Of a stretch of 64,000 nt of DNA, positions 9,459 through 20,775 are shown in pieces; position 1 is the stretch's first letter, and each line of letters opens with the position of its first letter. The DNA is from Candidatus Poribacteria bacterium (GTDB lineage Bacteria > Poribacteria > WGA-4E > WGA-3G). The stretch is taken from the NCBI GenBank assembly GCA_965198235.1, contig OZ240248.1:2368001-2432000 (forward strand), in the 5' to 3' direction. The position numbers were made by a program, and so were the translations under genes. The notes below the pieces were generated by a model that worked only from the letters and a program-made list of their open reading frames with translations, had not been told where the DNA came from and made no database searches.

Positions 9459-10691
9459 ATGAAATCTCAGATCCATCTAAACGACCCGCAAGGTATAATT
9501 AAAAAACTTCCTGATGCAACAGGGCATTTTGGACAATTCGGAGGCAGATACGTCCCCGAAACCCTCATGCCTGCCCTTTTAGAACTTGAAGAAGCATACA
9601 TTAAGCTTAAAGACAATCACGACTTCCAACAAGAATTTCGGTACTACCTCCGTGAATATGTCGGCAGGCCAAACCCTCTCTATTACGCCGAACATTTGAC
9701 AGAGACGCTCGGTGGAGCAAAAATATATCTCAAACGGGAAGACCTCAACCATACAGGTGCACACAAGATTAACAGCGCGATAGGTCAAATTCTCCTCGCA
9801 CGATGGATGGGCAAAAAACGCATCATCGCTGAAACGGGTGCGGGACAACACGGTGTCGCAACAGCCACCGTTGCCGCAAAGTTCGATATGGAGTGCGAAG
9901 TCTATATGGGTGAGGAGGACATAGAACGGCAGGCACTCAATGTTTTCCGTATGCAACTAATGGGGACAAAAGTGGTACCGGTTAACTCTGGGTCACGTAC
10001 CCTCAAAGATGCGATTAACGCCTGCTTCCGTGATTGGGTCACGAATGTCCGAACCACCTATCTGCTTCTCGGTTCAGTTGTCGGTGCGCACCCTTACCCA
10101 ATGATCGTTCGGGACTTCCAAGCCGTCATCGGTGACGAAGCGAGAGCACAGATTTTGGAGCAGGAAGAGACTTTACCGGATTGTGTCGTCGCCTGTGTCG
10201 GCGGTGGGAGCAATTCACTCGGCATGTTTTATCCGTTCTATGCCGATGCATCCGTTCGGCTTATCGGTGTGGAAGCCGCGGGAGAGGGCATTCGTAGTGG
10301 ACGGCACGCTGCGCCTCTCACTGCTGGCAGTGTTGGTGTCTTTCACGGTGCTAAGTGTTATCTATTGCAAGAGGATGACGGTCAGATAACCCCCGCACAT
10401 TCGATCTCTGCGGGATTAGATTACCCCGGTGTCGGACCGGAACACAGTTATTATCGCGAAACCGGTAGAGCGGAATACGTCCCGATTACAGATGCAGAGG
10501 CGGTAGAAGGGTTCCGGTTGTTATCTGAGACAGAGGGCATCATTCCAGCATTGGAATCCGCACATGCTATCGCCTATCTGCGTGAACTTGCACCTAAACT
10601 CGGCAAGGACAAGATCATCGTGGTTTGTCTCTCAGGTCGCGGCGATAAAGATGTCTATACCATCGCAAATGAATTAGGTGCCGCTCTGTAG
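9459..10691 (+). CDS. trpB: Tryptophan synthase beta chain
   Basis: '[14 protein letters not shown]', '[11 protein letters not shown]', 'GGGSN', '[13 protein letters not shown]', 'LSGRGDKD'. Confidence 0.97.
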   Translation: MKSQIHLNDPQGIIKKLPDATGHFGQFGGRYVPETLMPALLELEEAYIKLKDNHDFQQEFRYYLREYVGRPNPLYYAEHLTETLGGAKIYLKREDLNHTGAHKINSAIGQILLARWMGKKRIIAETGAGQHGVATATVAAKFDMECEVYMGEEDIERQALNVFRMQLMGTKVVPVNSGSRTLKDAINACFRDWVTNVRTTYLLLGSVVGAHPYPMIVRDFQAVIGDEARAQILEQEETLPDCVVACVGGGSNSLGMFYPFYADASVRLIGVEAAGEGIRSGRHAAPLTAGSVGVFHGAKCYLLQEDDGQITPAHSISAGLDYPGVGPEHSYYRETGRAEYVPITDAEAVEGFRLLSETEGIIPALESAHAIAYLRELAPKLGKDKIIVVCLSGRGDKDVYTIANELGAAL

Positions 10692-10854
10692 AGGAATAAT
10701 TTATATTGCGTTGTTAGATATGACATCTAATCTGTTGTTTGTGGGACTAGGAAGTCTCCTATGGCAGAAACTGAGTGAGGGACCCTCTCTCACTTTCATA
10801 TTATTAATTGAAAGGTAAGATTTCTGTATCTTCCGATCAAATGAGGAAAGGCGA

Positions 10855-12669
10855 ATGCCAATTCAACAATATACTGTAAATGATTACCCTATTGGAACTG
10901 TGCTGACTTGGATACAACACAAGGAAATCGCGATACCTGAAATCCAGAGACCTTTCGTTTGGAAGGCAATCAAGGTACGTGATTTCATTGATTCACTCTA
11001 CCAAGGATATCCCGTCGGGTATCTTATCACGTGGCGGGCCCCTGATGTCCGACTTAAAGATGGAACACAATCAGTAGGTAAGCGTGTTTTGATCGATGGA
11101 CAACAACGCGTCATTTCTCTGCGGGCGGCATTACTGGGGCAAGAAGTAGTCAACAAAAAGTACAAACGAACGCGAATTGTCATTGCCTTTCATCCGATTA
11201 AAAAAAGTTTTGAGGTGGCAAATTCGGCTACCAGAAAAAATCGTGAGTGGATTAATGATATCTCTACTATCTTTGATCCTGACTTCAAAGTCCTTAATTT
11301 TTTGGACGAATACTGTAGTAATAATGAGGGTGTAGATAGAGACGAGGTCTATAATTGCCTTCATCGTTTACAGAACATCAGGAATAACACTCTTGGGATT
11401 ATCGAGTTGGAACCGGATCTGAATGTCGAAACAGTCACGGAAATTTTTGTTCGTATCAATTCCAAAGGTGTCACACTGAATGCATCAGATTTCGTTATGT
11501 CCAAGATTGCTGCTGGTGAACAGTATGGTGGGCACCAGCTCCGCAAAGGCATTGACTACTTTTGCCGCTTAGCGGTCTCTCCCGAGGAATTTGGCAACCT
11601 ATCTACAGACACTGACTTTGTTGAGACCGAGTACTTGACTAAAATGAGATGGCTCAGAAATTGGAGAAACGAGCTCTACACCCCTTCTTACACTGACTTA
11701 CTTCGGGTAAGTTTTATGATAGAGTTTCAACGTGGCCGCTTAAGAGATTTAGTTGCTCTATTGTCAGGTCGTAATTTTGAAACACGTAACTTTGAGGAAG
11801 AAATTGCTGAGGATTCTTTTTGTCGCCTTAAAAATGGGCTTATTCGCTACATCAACAAAACTAACTTCAATCGTTTCGTTATGATACTGGAGTCGGCAGG
11901 ATTTGTAGATAGTTCTATGATTAACTCAATGAACGCCGTCAATTTTGCTTATGCGTTATATTTGATGCTGCATGTGGAACGGACAGACCCCCAAAAGATC
12001 GAGCAGTTGGTACGGCGTTGGTTTGTGATGTCAATCCTGACCGGTAGATACACTGGAACACCAGAAACTGCTTTTGATGAGGATATTCGGAATATTACTA
12101 CCCGGGGAGCAAGCAAGTATCTCGCAATAATAGAGCAGGCAAATCTTTCAGATACTTTCTGGGATGTAGCACTTCCACAACAGATGGAAACATCAAGTGG
12201 GAAAAGCCCGTATTTGAACGTCTTTCTGGCAAGCCAAGTCAAAGCAAACGACAAGGGTTTTCTTTCACGTGATATTACGGTGCGGACTCTGCTTGAAGGT
12301 CGCGCAGACATTCATCACATATTTCCACGTAACTATCTACAAGAGCATGGTTTCGCCGCTAGAGATTACAACCAGATTGTGAACTTAGTTGTAATGCAGC
12401 AGGAAATCAACATTGCTATCAGTAATCGACCTCCAGCTACCTATTTTTCGGACCTATGGGAAGGAGTTATAAACAGAAAACCTGCCTTTAGAAGCGGGAT
12501 AGATGACGCTAAAGAGCTGCAAACTAATCTCGATGCACACTGTATTCCCCCAGACATGAAAACGGCGACATTTGGAAATTACGGTGAGTTTCTGGAAAAA
12601 CGCAGAAAACTTATGGCTACTAAAATACGAGACTACTACAGAAACCTACAAAACTGTCCTCTGTTATAA
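10855..12669 (+). CDS. GmrSD-like type IV restriction protein (DUF262 plus DUF1524/HNH)
   Basis: 'IPEIQRPFVW', 'IDGQQR', 'FVRINSKG' and C-terminal 'DIHHIFP...NL...N'. Confidence 0.85.
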   Translation: MPIQQYTVNDYPIGTVLTWIQHKEIAIPEIQRPFVWKAIKVRDFIDSLYQGYPVGYLITWRAPDVRLKDGTQSVGKRVLIDGQQRVISLRAALLGQEVVNKKYKRTRIVIAFHPIKKSFEVANSATRKNREWINDISTIFDPDFKVLNFLDEYCSNNEGVDRDEVYNCLHRLQNIRNNTLGIIELEPDLNVETVTEIFVRINSKGVTLNASDFVMSKIAAGEQYGGHQLRKGIDYFCRLAVSPEEFGNLSTDTDFVETEYLTKMRWLRNWRNELYTPSYTDLLRVSFMIEFQRGRLRDLVALLSGRNFETRNFEEEIAEDSFCRLKNGLIRYINKTNFNRFVMILESAGFVDSSMINSMNAVNFAYALYLMLHVERTDPQKIEQLVRRWFVMSILTGRYTGTPETAFDEDIRNITTRGASKYLAIIEQANLSDTFWDVALPQQMETSSGKSPYLNVFLASQVKANDKGFLSRDITVRTLLEGRADIHHIFPRNYLQEHGFAARDYNQIVNLVVMQQEINIAISNRPPATYFSDLWEGVINRKPAFRSGIDDAKELQTNLDAHCIPPDMKTATFGNYGEFLEKRRKLMATKIRDYYRNLQNCPLL

Positions 12670-12816
12670 TTCATTCAAATATCAAGAAGAACAGCGTTGC
12701 CGTAGAGTGGGATTCTAATTCATTCGCATACTTCAGCCAAAAACAACTTGCTATCTAACTGTGGTATATGCTACAATTTTGCCGCGTAGTGAAAAAATAG
12801 CGAGCGAGGTGGCACC

Positions 12817-13431
12817 ATGGCGCGCGAAACCGCAGGCTCCAGTTCAAACTTATCCCTGTCGCAAAAAGCCAGCAAGTTTATCAAGCGGCTTTCACATCGA
12901 GACGGTCCTGTCAGGAATTGGCGGTATATCCCGACCCATGTACTCTTACGAAAACTGCGCTCGGAATCTGCCGAAATGCGGGCGTACGCCGCCGAAGGGT
13001 TAGGTGGCGTTGGTGGTGTCCATGCCGTCGCGCCGCTCATTGATGCCTTAAATGACAACAACTCGACCGTTCGCCGCTTCGCTATCTCCTCTCTTGGACG
13101 TATCCGCGATGCACGCGCCATTGACGTGCTCATCCCATTTCTGCAAGACGAAGAGGCTGACATGCGATGCGCTGCCGTTGTCGCCCTTGGTGAATTAGGA
13201 CTTGACGAAGAGAGAGTTTTAAACCCACCTGTCCAGATCATAGAGGCACTCCTAAGCAGCATCCGGGACACCGACAGAGCCGTCTGTTCCGCCGCTGTCG
13301 TCGCTTTAGGCAGAATCGGTAGTCTACAAGCCATTTCTGCGCTTAACGCATTGGCAGAAACCACTGAGAGCGAATGGGTCCGTCGCTACATCAGCGAGGC
13401 GTTACATCAAATTGAGGAACAGAATGCCTAA
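12817..13431 (+). CDS. HEAT/PBS-lyase repeat protein
   Basis: Repeated 'VRRFAISSLGRI', 'RCAAVVALGEL', 'AAVVALGRIG'; GAGGTGG RBS. Confidence 0.85.
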   Translation: MARETAGSSSNLSLSQKASKFIKRLSHRDGPVRNWRYIPTHVLLRKLRSESAEMRAYAAEGLGGVGGVHAVAPLIDALNDNNSTVRRFAISSLGRIRDARAIDVLIPFLQDEEADMRCAAVVALGELGLDEERVLNPPVQIIEALLSSIRDTDRAVCSAAVVALGRIGSLQAISALNALAETTESEWVRRYISEALHQIEEQNA

Positions 13432-13581
13432 CTAAATTCTTAAAACTTTTCCTTGATTTTGGTTACCCGATTTGGTATAATATATGTTAAGTTTATTAGT
13501 GTGAGAGATCGGGTTTTTGCTTACATGCGTTAATATCCTATATCAGCACATTCCGCGACCCAGACATATCGCAACATCCAT

Positions 13582-14514
13582 ATGTCTTCGAGAATTATGG
13601 ACGAAAATCAAAGTTTCAAATCCGGATACGTTAGCATTATCGGCGCACCTAACGTCGGTAAATCCACCCTGCTCAATACCATTTTAGGGCAGAAACTCGC
13701 TATCGTCACCCCGAAGCCACAAACGACTCGGAATCAGATTCGCGGGATTGTCACCACCGATGCCCATCAAATTATTTTTGTCGATACGCCCGGACTGATG
13801 AACCCTAAGTACCGCTTACAGAGCGAGATGGTCAAAACCGCGTATGGGGCTTTAGGGGACGCGGATGTCGTCCTTTTTGTGATAGATGTCACGCGCCGAG
13901 ATCGTGAAATCGAGGATAGAATCCTAACACGCCTCAAGCGCAGTAAACTGACAACAATTCTCGTTCTTAATAAGGTAGATCTCGTCGCAAAGCCAACCTT
14001 ACTCCCTATTTTTGAGGACTACAGTCAGAAATTTGAATTCGCACACATGATACCTATCTCCGCATTAACTGCCGATGGTGTGCCACTCCTTCTTGAGCAG
14101 ATTGAAACTTACCTACCGCTGGGACCTCGCTATTTTCCAGAGGACCAACTCAGCGACCTCCCTGAGCGCTTTTTTATCGCCGAAACCGTTCGTGAAAAAA
14201 TTATGCTCCTGACCCAACGCGAAATCCCTTACGCCTCCGCTGTTGTTATTGAAGAGTTTGAAAAACGCCAAACAAAGAAGTCAGATGAAATTATCTATAT
14301 CCGAGCCATTGTTTATGCAGAACGACAGACACAAAAGCAAATTATCATCGGTAAAGGCGGCAAGTTGATTAAACGGGTCGGCGAACTCGCACGAATTGAT
14401 ATTGAGAAATTTTTAGACACCCGTGTCTTTTTAGAAACCTATGTAACAGTCAAAGCCGATTGGCGCAGAGACGCACGCAAACTCAGAGAATTAGGCGGCT
14501 TTGCAGATGTTTAA
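13582..14514 (+). CDS. era: GTPase Era
   Basis: GAPNVGKS, 'PQTTR', DTPG, NKVD and KH domain 'IIIGKGG'. Confidence 0.96.
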   Translation: MSSRIMDENQSFKSGYVSIIGAPNVGKSTLLNTILGQKLAIVTPKPQTTRNQIRGIVTTDAHQIIFVDTPGLMNPKYRLQSEMVKTAYGALGDADVVLFVIDVTRRDREIEDRILTRLKRSKLTTILVLNKVDLVAKPTLLPIFEDYSQKFEFAHMIPISALTADGVPLLLEQIETYLPLGPRYFPEDQLSDLPERFFIAETVREKIMLLTQREIPYASAVVIEEFEKRQTKKSDEIIYIRAIVYAERQTQKQIIIGKGGKLIKRVGELARIDIEKFLDTRVFLETYVTVKADWRRDARKLRELGGFADV

Positions 14515-14529
14515 CTGCGTTCTTCTGAA

Positions 14530-14624
14530 TAAAAAAACGAATCGTCTCCAACCCAGTCAAGAATTAACCCAAAACCTGCCTGAAACGAAGTGGAAGGCAG
14601 ACCAGGAGCCAAATAGTTAAAAAA
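14530..14624 (+). repeat. Dispersed element ending in (A/G)TTAAAAA, abutting the uvrA start
   Basis: AACGAAGTGGA...CCAGGAGC...TTAAAAAA|ATG; related to 22589-22680 (-) and 50327-50418 (+). Confidence 0.75.
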
Positions 14625-17600
14625 ATGACGGAAGAATCAATACTCGTGCAGGGTGCGCGCGAGCACAATCTAAGAAATATTGATATCCAACTTCCAAAAG
14701 ACAAACTCATCGTCTTCACCGGCGTTAGCGGTTCGGGCAAATCTTCGATGGCAATTGATACTGTTTACGCCGAAGGACAACGGCGATACATCGAGTCTTT
14801 ATCGGCATACGCACGGCAGTTTTTAGGGCAACTCGGCAAGCCAGATGTAGACGAGATTGTCGGATTATCTCCGTCTATTGCCATTGATCAGGGGTCAACA
14901 GGGCATAACCCGCGTTCCACGGTGGCGACGGTAACCGAAGTCTACGACTACCTCCGTGTCCTCTATGCCCGCGTAGGACAATTCCGCTGTCCCGAGTGTG
15001 GACGTGAAGTCGGTTCACAAACTGCCGCGGATATCGTCCAAACTCTGATCGACTACCCGGAACGCACCAGACTTATCATTTTCGCACCGATTCTCAGAGG
15101 TTCCCGCGGCGCGCACGAAAGAGAACTCGAAGATTTACGCAAAGCGGGTTTCGCGAGGTTGCGAATTGATGGTGAGATATACGAACTTCGACCAAGCCTC
15201 ACCCTTAATCCTAATCAACGTCACGACATCGATGTTGTCATTGACCGGATTGTCATTAAAGAGGGTGTTGAATCTCGCGTCGCCCAAGCCGTGGATACTG
15301 CACTCTTACGTGGAGACGGAAGCCTCCTTGTCCACGTCGTTCCCACTGAAGGCGAGGTATCTTCCTTTGTATCAGAGGAAGACGATTTACTGTTTAGCGA
15401 GGATTACACCTGTGTGCACTGCCGGATCAGTTTTGTGAAACCGGAACCTCGCCACTTCTCTTTCAACAATCCGGAGGGCATGTGCGAGAATTGTCGGGGT
15501 TTAGGTGTTGAAATGGGAATCTTGCCGAGGTTGATCGTTCCAGATGATACCCTCTCCATCATGCAAGGTGCCATAAGTTTGTGGGGACCTCTTAATACAC
15601 GAGATACTCTCAAGGAAAGGCTAATCGCTGAAGCACTCGCAAAACACCTCGGATTCGATATTGAGACCCCTTGGAAGGACCTCACACCGGAACAGCAGCA
15701 TGCCATTCTCTACGGCACCGGCGACGATGTTCTTACGATTAGCACTCCCGGTACAGGTAGACACAGACGGCGAAAGCGACGACGGCAATATCGTGCCCGT
15801 TTTCACGGAATCATTCCTACTGAAGAACAGAAGTATCGCTTTGAAGAGGACGATGAAACCGATGAAGACACCTTCCCAGATTATTTTGTCAAAATGCCCT
15901 GCAGGACATGTGAGGGAACCCGACTGAACCCGTGGGTGAAAGCCGTGACGATAGGCGGGACCTCCATAACGGACATCCTTGAAATGTCCATTCAGGACGC
16001 AGCCCAATTCTTCGGCGAGTTAGTACTTCCAGAGCGCGAGACGTTCATCGCATCGGAACTCTTAAAAGAGATTCGAGGACGGCTCGGATTCCTTATGGAC
16101 GTAGGGTTAGGGTACTTGACGCTTGCGCGCCCTGCGCCGACGCTTTCGGGCGGTGAAGCACAGCGCATTCGTCTTGCGAGTCAGGTGGGGGTGGGGTTAC
16201 GCGATATCACCTACGTTCTTGATGAACCGAGTATTGGCTTGCACGCCCGCGACCACGCCGGTTTACTCATGACCCTCTTAAACTTGCGGAATCAGGGCAA
16301 TACCGTTATCGTCGTTGAGCACGATGAGGCAACGATGTTGGTAGCCGACTGGATAGTCGATTTCGGTCCTGGGGCAGGCATTAAAGGCGGGAAGATAACG
16401 GATATCGGGACACCAGCACAGTTCATGAAGGAGAGCAGGACACTCACTGCCCAATATCTCCGAGGCGATAAGGTGATCGTTCAACCGGAGTCCCGTCGTC
16501 CGACAGGGGATAGGTGGGTGCAAATCTGCAACGCACGCCAGAACAATCTCAAAGGTATCAGCCCTAAAATACCTGTGGGTACGCTCTGCTGTGTAACAGG
16601 TGTGAGTGGTTCTGGAAAGAGTTCCTTAATTCACGATATTCTCTACAGCGCACTCGCCCGCGACCTCATGAAGGCAAAGACTGTACCGGGGGATTATGAT
16701 GATATTCGGGGCATCATCGAAGGAAAAAACGTTCCGGTCTCTGATGTCATTGACAAAATTATCAACATTAACATGGCACCTATCGGACGAACACCACGTT
16801 CCAACGCAGCGACCTACACCAAAGTCTTCGACAATATTCGCGCACTCTATGCGGGGTTGCCCGATGCGAAATTGCGAGGCTATAAACCCGGACGGTTTAG
16901 TTTCAACGTCGCTGGCGGCAGATGTGAAGCGTGTAATGGTAACGGTGCGAAAAAAGTCGATATGGGACTGCTCTCCGATGTCTGGGTGGAGTGTGAGGTG
17001 TGTGAGGGAAAACGCTTCAACAGTGAAACTCTCACCGTTAAATACAAGGGGAAAAACATCTCTGAAGTCCTTGAAATGGATATTGATACCGCACTTGCAC
17101 ATTTCGCTGATATTCCGAAGGTCGCAAGAGGGTTGAAACTGCTTCATGATGTTGGTTTGGATTACATTAAACTCGGACAACCAGCTCCCACGCTTTCAGG
17201 TGGTGAAGCACAACGTATCAAACTCTCACGAGAACTCTCCAAACGCGGCACAGGGAAAACGCTCTATATCCTTGATGAACCCACAACCGGCTTGCACTTT
17301 GACGATGTAAATAAATTGTTGACGATACTTCATCGACTCGTGGATGATGGTAACACAGTCGTTGTTGTTGAACATAATCTTGAAGTCGTCAACTCCGCAG
17401 ATTACCTCATTGATTTGGGACCAGAGGGTGGCGTTGGCGGCGGAACCATCGTTGCTGTGGGGACACCTGAACAGATTGCAGACATGCCTGAATCTTACAC
17501 GGGACGAGCACTCCGCGGTGATTTCGATATCTGGCGTGAAACAAGGCATCAACGCATGCGAGAACCGGAACTCACCTCCGCGTATGGACGAGGACCGGAG

Positions 17601-20384
17601 ACGCGTCCAGAAACCATTGCTGTGCGGGGAGCTACGGAAAATAATCTCAAAAATATTGACATTGATATTCCGCACCGAAAGATGACCACATTGACCGGCG
17701 TGAGCGGTTCCGGTAAAACATCGCTCGCACTTGATACCATTTACGCCGAAGGGCAGCGCCGCTATATTGAGACCCTCAGCACTTACGCTCGTCAGTTTAT
17801 AGGACAGATGGAGAAGCCCAAGGTCTCAAAAATTGAGGGACTCTCGCCCGCGATTGCTATTTCAAACACCAATGCTGGGCAGAACCCAAGATCCACTGTC
17901 GCGACGATTACGGAGATACACGACGGACTCCGCACGCTTTACGCCAGATGGGGCAAACCCTACTGTCCCGATTGCCAAGAGGAGGTCCAGCCACAAACAG
18001 CGGAGGAAATAACAGAGCAGGTTTTTGAACGACTCCACGAACAAAGGGTGGATGTCCTCGCACCTCTCACGAATTTCTTCCTTCTTCCGGAAGGTGAAGA
18101 AGGCGTATCAAGGGGTAAAATTGTTGACGTGGATGCGAGTGAATCGGTGTACGGTTTGAAAGGGCACGAGGATTATGCCGATGTATTTCGTCGATTGCAA
18201 AGAGCAGGATTTGTGCGCGTCCAAATTGATGGCGAAATTCATCGACTTGATGAGGCTCCAAAGTTGAGTAGAGGTATTCACCATGAAATCTTTATCGTTA
18301 TCGACCGCATTGAACTTGTAGATGAAGAAAAAAGCCGTTTTACGGAAGCGGTGGAGTTGGCACTCCTTCAAAGTGGTGGGTTCGTACTCATTGGGAGAAG
18401 AGAACGCGGACAAACGGCGGGACGGTATTTCCTTAGTGAACACGCGATGTGTCGTTCTTGCGGCAGCAACTTTGGGCAATTGACACCACGCCACTTCTCC
18501 TTTAACAACAAAATCGGGGCGTGCGATTTCTGTGATGGACGCGGAAGGAACATGCATCCACCGTATGACGCGTGCAACCGATGCCACGGCACACGACTGA
18601 AACCCTTTCCAAGCTGCGTCAGATTTGAAAATGCAACCGTCTCTGAATTGATGGCACTGTCAATTACCGAAATTATTGAATTCTTCAACGCACGGTTAAA
18701 ACAGATCGAAGCGGAGATTATTTCAGATGATGCGGAGACCGATAGGAGCGATCTTCTGATCGCAACGGGCGTGTCAACCTCAAGAGCGACACATCCAGCA
18801 CTTCACATTCATACGTCACCTGAGTTTGAAGCCGAAGTCCTATGCCAAATCCGGACGCGGCTCCAGTTCTTGGAAGATATTGGGCTCGGTTATCTCGCGT
18901 TAGACCGCGGGGCACCGACGCTTTCCGGTGGCGAAATGCGCAGAATCCAACTCGCAAGCCAACTCGGTAGCGGGCTCACCGGGGTAACCTACGTTCTCGA
19001 CGAACCGAGCATCGGCTTACACCCACGCGACCAAGAACGCCTCATTGCTGCACTCAAGGAACTCCGCGATATCGGGAACAGCGTCCTTGTTGTTGAACAC
19101 GACCGCGATACAATATTAGCCTCCGATCATGTGATTGACTTTGGGCCTGAAGCAGGCAAGGACGGTGGTGAGATTGTCGCTATCGGCACACCGGATACCT
19201 TCACCAACGGTGCCACTCTCGTACAAGACGTGGATAAAAACCCATCTGCCAAATCCTTGACGCAAGCCTATCTTTCCAATGAAGTGGAGATTTCTGTTCC
19301 GAAAACTCGGCGCAAAGGCACGGGCAAACAGTTAGCAATATTCGGGGCGAAAACGAATAACCTCAAAGACATTGATGTCAAGATTCCACTCGGAACGCTC
19401 ACCTGTGTAACCGGCGTTTCAGGGTGCGGAAAGAGCTCGCTCGTTGAAGGCACACTAAAACCCGCCCTTGAAAGTCGTAGTTCTATCAAAACCGGCGATC
19501 CCGAGGACCGTCGCTATACCCATTATCTCAGCGATGGCCACCGAGAACCGATATATAACGACTACGGGCTACCGGAGTATGAAAGCATCCGTGGGGTTAG
19601 TTATATCAAGCGTCTCATCAATGTAGACCAGAAGGCGATCGGAGAAACACCGCGTTCCAATCCAGCGACTTATACCGACCTGTTCACGAAAATCCGTGAA
19701 CTCTTCGCCGAACAATACGATGCAAAGATGCGTGGTTATAGTATCGGAGCTTTCAGTTTTAACCTCGCACAGGGGCAGTGTCCTGTATGTGAGGGGCACC
19801 GTTTCAACCGCGTTGAGATGCATTTTCTCCCTGACGTATGGATGCCGTGTGAGGCGTGTGATAGCACCGGCTACAACATGGAGACACTCGAAATCCGTTA
19901 CAAGGGGAAAAATATCGCTGAAGTCTTAACTATGACGGTAGATGAGGCACTCGCATTCTTCAGCGAAAGTCCACGCATCTGCCGGACGCTCCAGATGTTA
20001 ACAGATGTTGGACTCGGTTATATAGAATTGGGGCAATCGGCGACGACTCTCTCCGGCGGTGAAGCGCAGCGCGTCAAACTTGCGAAAGAATTGGCACGTC
20101 GCCAAACGGGTTCAACGCTCTATATCATGGACGAGCCGACGACCGGACTCCACTTTGACGACATCCAAAAACTTCTCAAGGTGCTAAACCGACTCGTCGA
20201 TGCTGGCAACACGATTATCGCTGTCGAACATAACATCGACGTTATCAAATCCGCAGATTGGATCATCGACTTGGGACCTGAAGGAAGTAAGGGTGGTGGA
20301 AACGTCGTCGCGATGGGTACTCCAGAAGAGGTCGCAAAGGTCCAGGAATCCCATACCGCACGTTTCTTACGTGAAGTCTTGTAG
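14625..20384 (+). CDS. uvrA: Excinuclease ABC subunit A, double-length (two fused UvrA units)
   Basis: 1919 aa, four Walker A motifs (GVSGSGKS twice, [16 protein letters not shown]), four LSGGE signatures, zinc fingers. Confidence 0.95.
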   Translation: MTEESILVQGAREHNLRNIDIQLPKDKLIVFTGVSGSGKSSMAIDTVYAEGQRRYIESLSAYARQFLGQLGKPDVDEIVGLSPSIAIDQGSTGHNPRSTVATVTEVYDYLRVLYARVGQFRCPECGREVGSQTAADIVQTLIDYPERTRLIIFAPILRGSRGAHERELEDLRKAGFARLRIDGEIYELRPSLTLNPNQRHDIDVVIDRIVIKEGVESRVAQAVDTALLRGDGSLLVHVVPTEGEVSSFVSEEDDLLFSEDYTCVHCRISFVKPEPRHFSFNNPEGMCENCRGLGVEMGILPRLIVPDDTLSIMQGAISLWGPLNTRDTLKERLIAEALAKHLGFDIETPWKDLTPEQQHAILYGTGDDVLTISTPGTGRHRRRKRRRQYRARFHGIIPTEEQKYRFEEDDETDEDTFPDYFVKMPCRTCEGTRLNPWVKAVTIGGTSITDILEMSIQDAAQFFGELVLPERETFIASELLKEIRGRLGFLMDVGLGYLTLARPAPTLSGGEAQRIRLASQVGVGLRDITYVLDEPSIGLHARDHAGLLMTLLNLRNQGNTVIVVEHDEATMLVADWIVDFGPGAGIKGGKITDIGTPAQFMKESRTLTAQYLRGDKVIVQPESRRPTGDRWVQICNARQNNLKGISPKIPVGTLCCVTGVSGSGKSSLIHDILYSALARDLMKAKTVPGDYDDIRGIIEGKNVPVSDVIDKIININMAPIGRTPRSNAATYTKVFDNIRALYAGLPDAKLRGYKPGRFSFNVAGGRCEACNGNGAKKVDMGLLSDVWVECEVCEGKRFNSETLTVKYKGKNISEVLEMDIDTALAHFADIPKVARGLKLLHDVGLDYIKLGQPAPTLSGGEAQRIKLSRELSKRGTGKTLYILDEPTTGLHFDDVNKLLTILHRLVDDGNTVVVVEHNLEVVNSADYLIDLGPEGGVGGGTIVAVGTPEQIADMPESYTGRALRGDFDIWRETRHQRMREPELTSAYGRGPETRPETIAVRGATENNLKNIDIDIPHRKMTTLTGVSGSGKTSLALDTIYAEGQRRYIETLSTYARQFIGQMEKPKVSKIEGLSPAIAISNTNAGQNPRSTVATITEIHDGLRTLYARWGKPYCPDCQEEVQPQTAEEITEQVFERLHEQRVDVLAPLTNFFLLPEGEEGVSRGKIVDVDASESVYGLKGHEDYADVFRRLQRAGFVRVQIDGEIHRLDEAPKLSRGIHHEIFIVIDRIELVDEEKSRFTEAVELALLQSGGFVLIGRRERGQTAGRYFLSEHAMCRSCGSNFGQLTPRHFSFNNKIGACDFCDGRGRNMHPPYDACNRCHGTRLKPFPSCVRFENATVSELMALSITEIIEFFNARLKQIEAEIISDDAETDRSDLLIATGVSTSRATHPALHIHTSPEFEAEVLCQIRTRLQFLEDIGLGYLALDRGAPTLSGGEMRRIQLASQLGSGLTGVTYVLDEPSIGLHPRDQERLIAALKELRDIGNSVLVVEHDRDTILASDHVIDFGPEAGKDGGEIVAIGTPDTFTNGATLVQDVDKNPSAKSLTQAYLSNEVEISVPKTRRKGTGKQLAIFGAKTNNLKDIDVKIPLGTLTCVTGVSGCGKSSLVEGTLKPALESRSSIKTGDPEDRRYTHYLSDGHREPIYNDYGLPEYESIRGVSYIKRLINVDQKAIGETPRSNPATYTDLFTKIRELFAEQYDAKMRGYSIGAFSFNLAQGQCPVCEGHRFNRVEMHFLPDVWMPCEACDSTGYNMETLEIRYKGKNIAEVLTMTVDEALAFFSESPRICRTLQMLTDVGLGYIELGQSATTLSGGEAQRVKLAKELARRQTGSTLYIMDEPTTGLHFDDIQKLLKVLNRLVDAGNTIIAVEHNIDVIKSADWIIDLGPEGSKGGGNVVAMGTPEEVAKVQESHTARFLREVL

Positions 20385-20491
20385 AACGATCTCCCGGTCG
20401 CTACAGAGTAAGAGCAGTCCTCATTGGCGGGTTTCCCAACCTCGTCAACGGGGGTACAGGTGTATCTTCATTCGTTGTTCACTGGGATGCC

Positions 20492-20697
20492 TATTAATTT
20501 TCATAATTCACCGTAGTTTTCTATACTTTAAGTGAATTGGTTCGTAGTCGGGAAACCATTTTTTGTCGGCTATACGCACCTTTAGAACGTGCGATGAATT
20601 GTACGACTACAAACATACTTGCTCGTAGTCCAAAAACTATTTGTTGCCCGTTAATCTGAACAATCCGATCCGTTTTTAAAACTAAATAACCTTATAA
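20492..20697. repeat. REP-containing intergenic element (GTAG inverted pair)
   Basis: GTTCGTAGTCG ... CGACTACAAAC pair; GTGCGATGAAT motif shared with 39379. Confidence 0.5.
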
Positions 20698-20775
20698 ATC
20701 CCCCAATTTCCGCTTGACAAATTCTGGAATATGTGGAATTATAGTACTGTATCTATTAAAGATGTCGTATCTATA

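Noticed and set aside
9167-9502. 111-aa ORF inside the IS remnant
   Set aside because: TTG start, no family motifs, and it overlaps the RNA scaffold and IS end; likely spurious.
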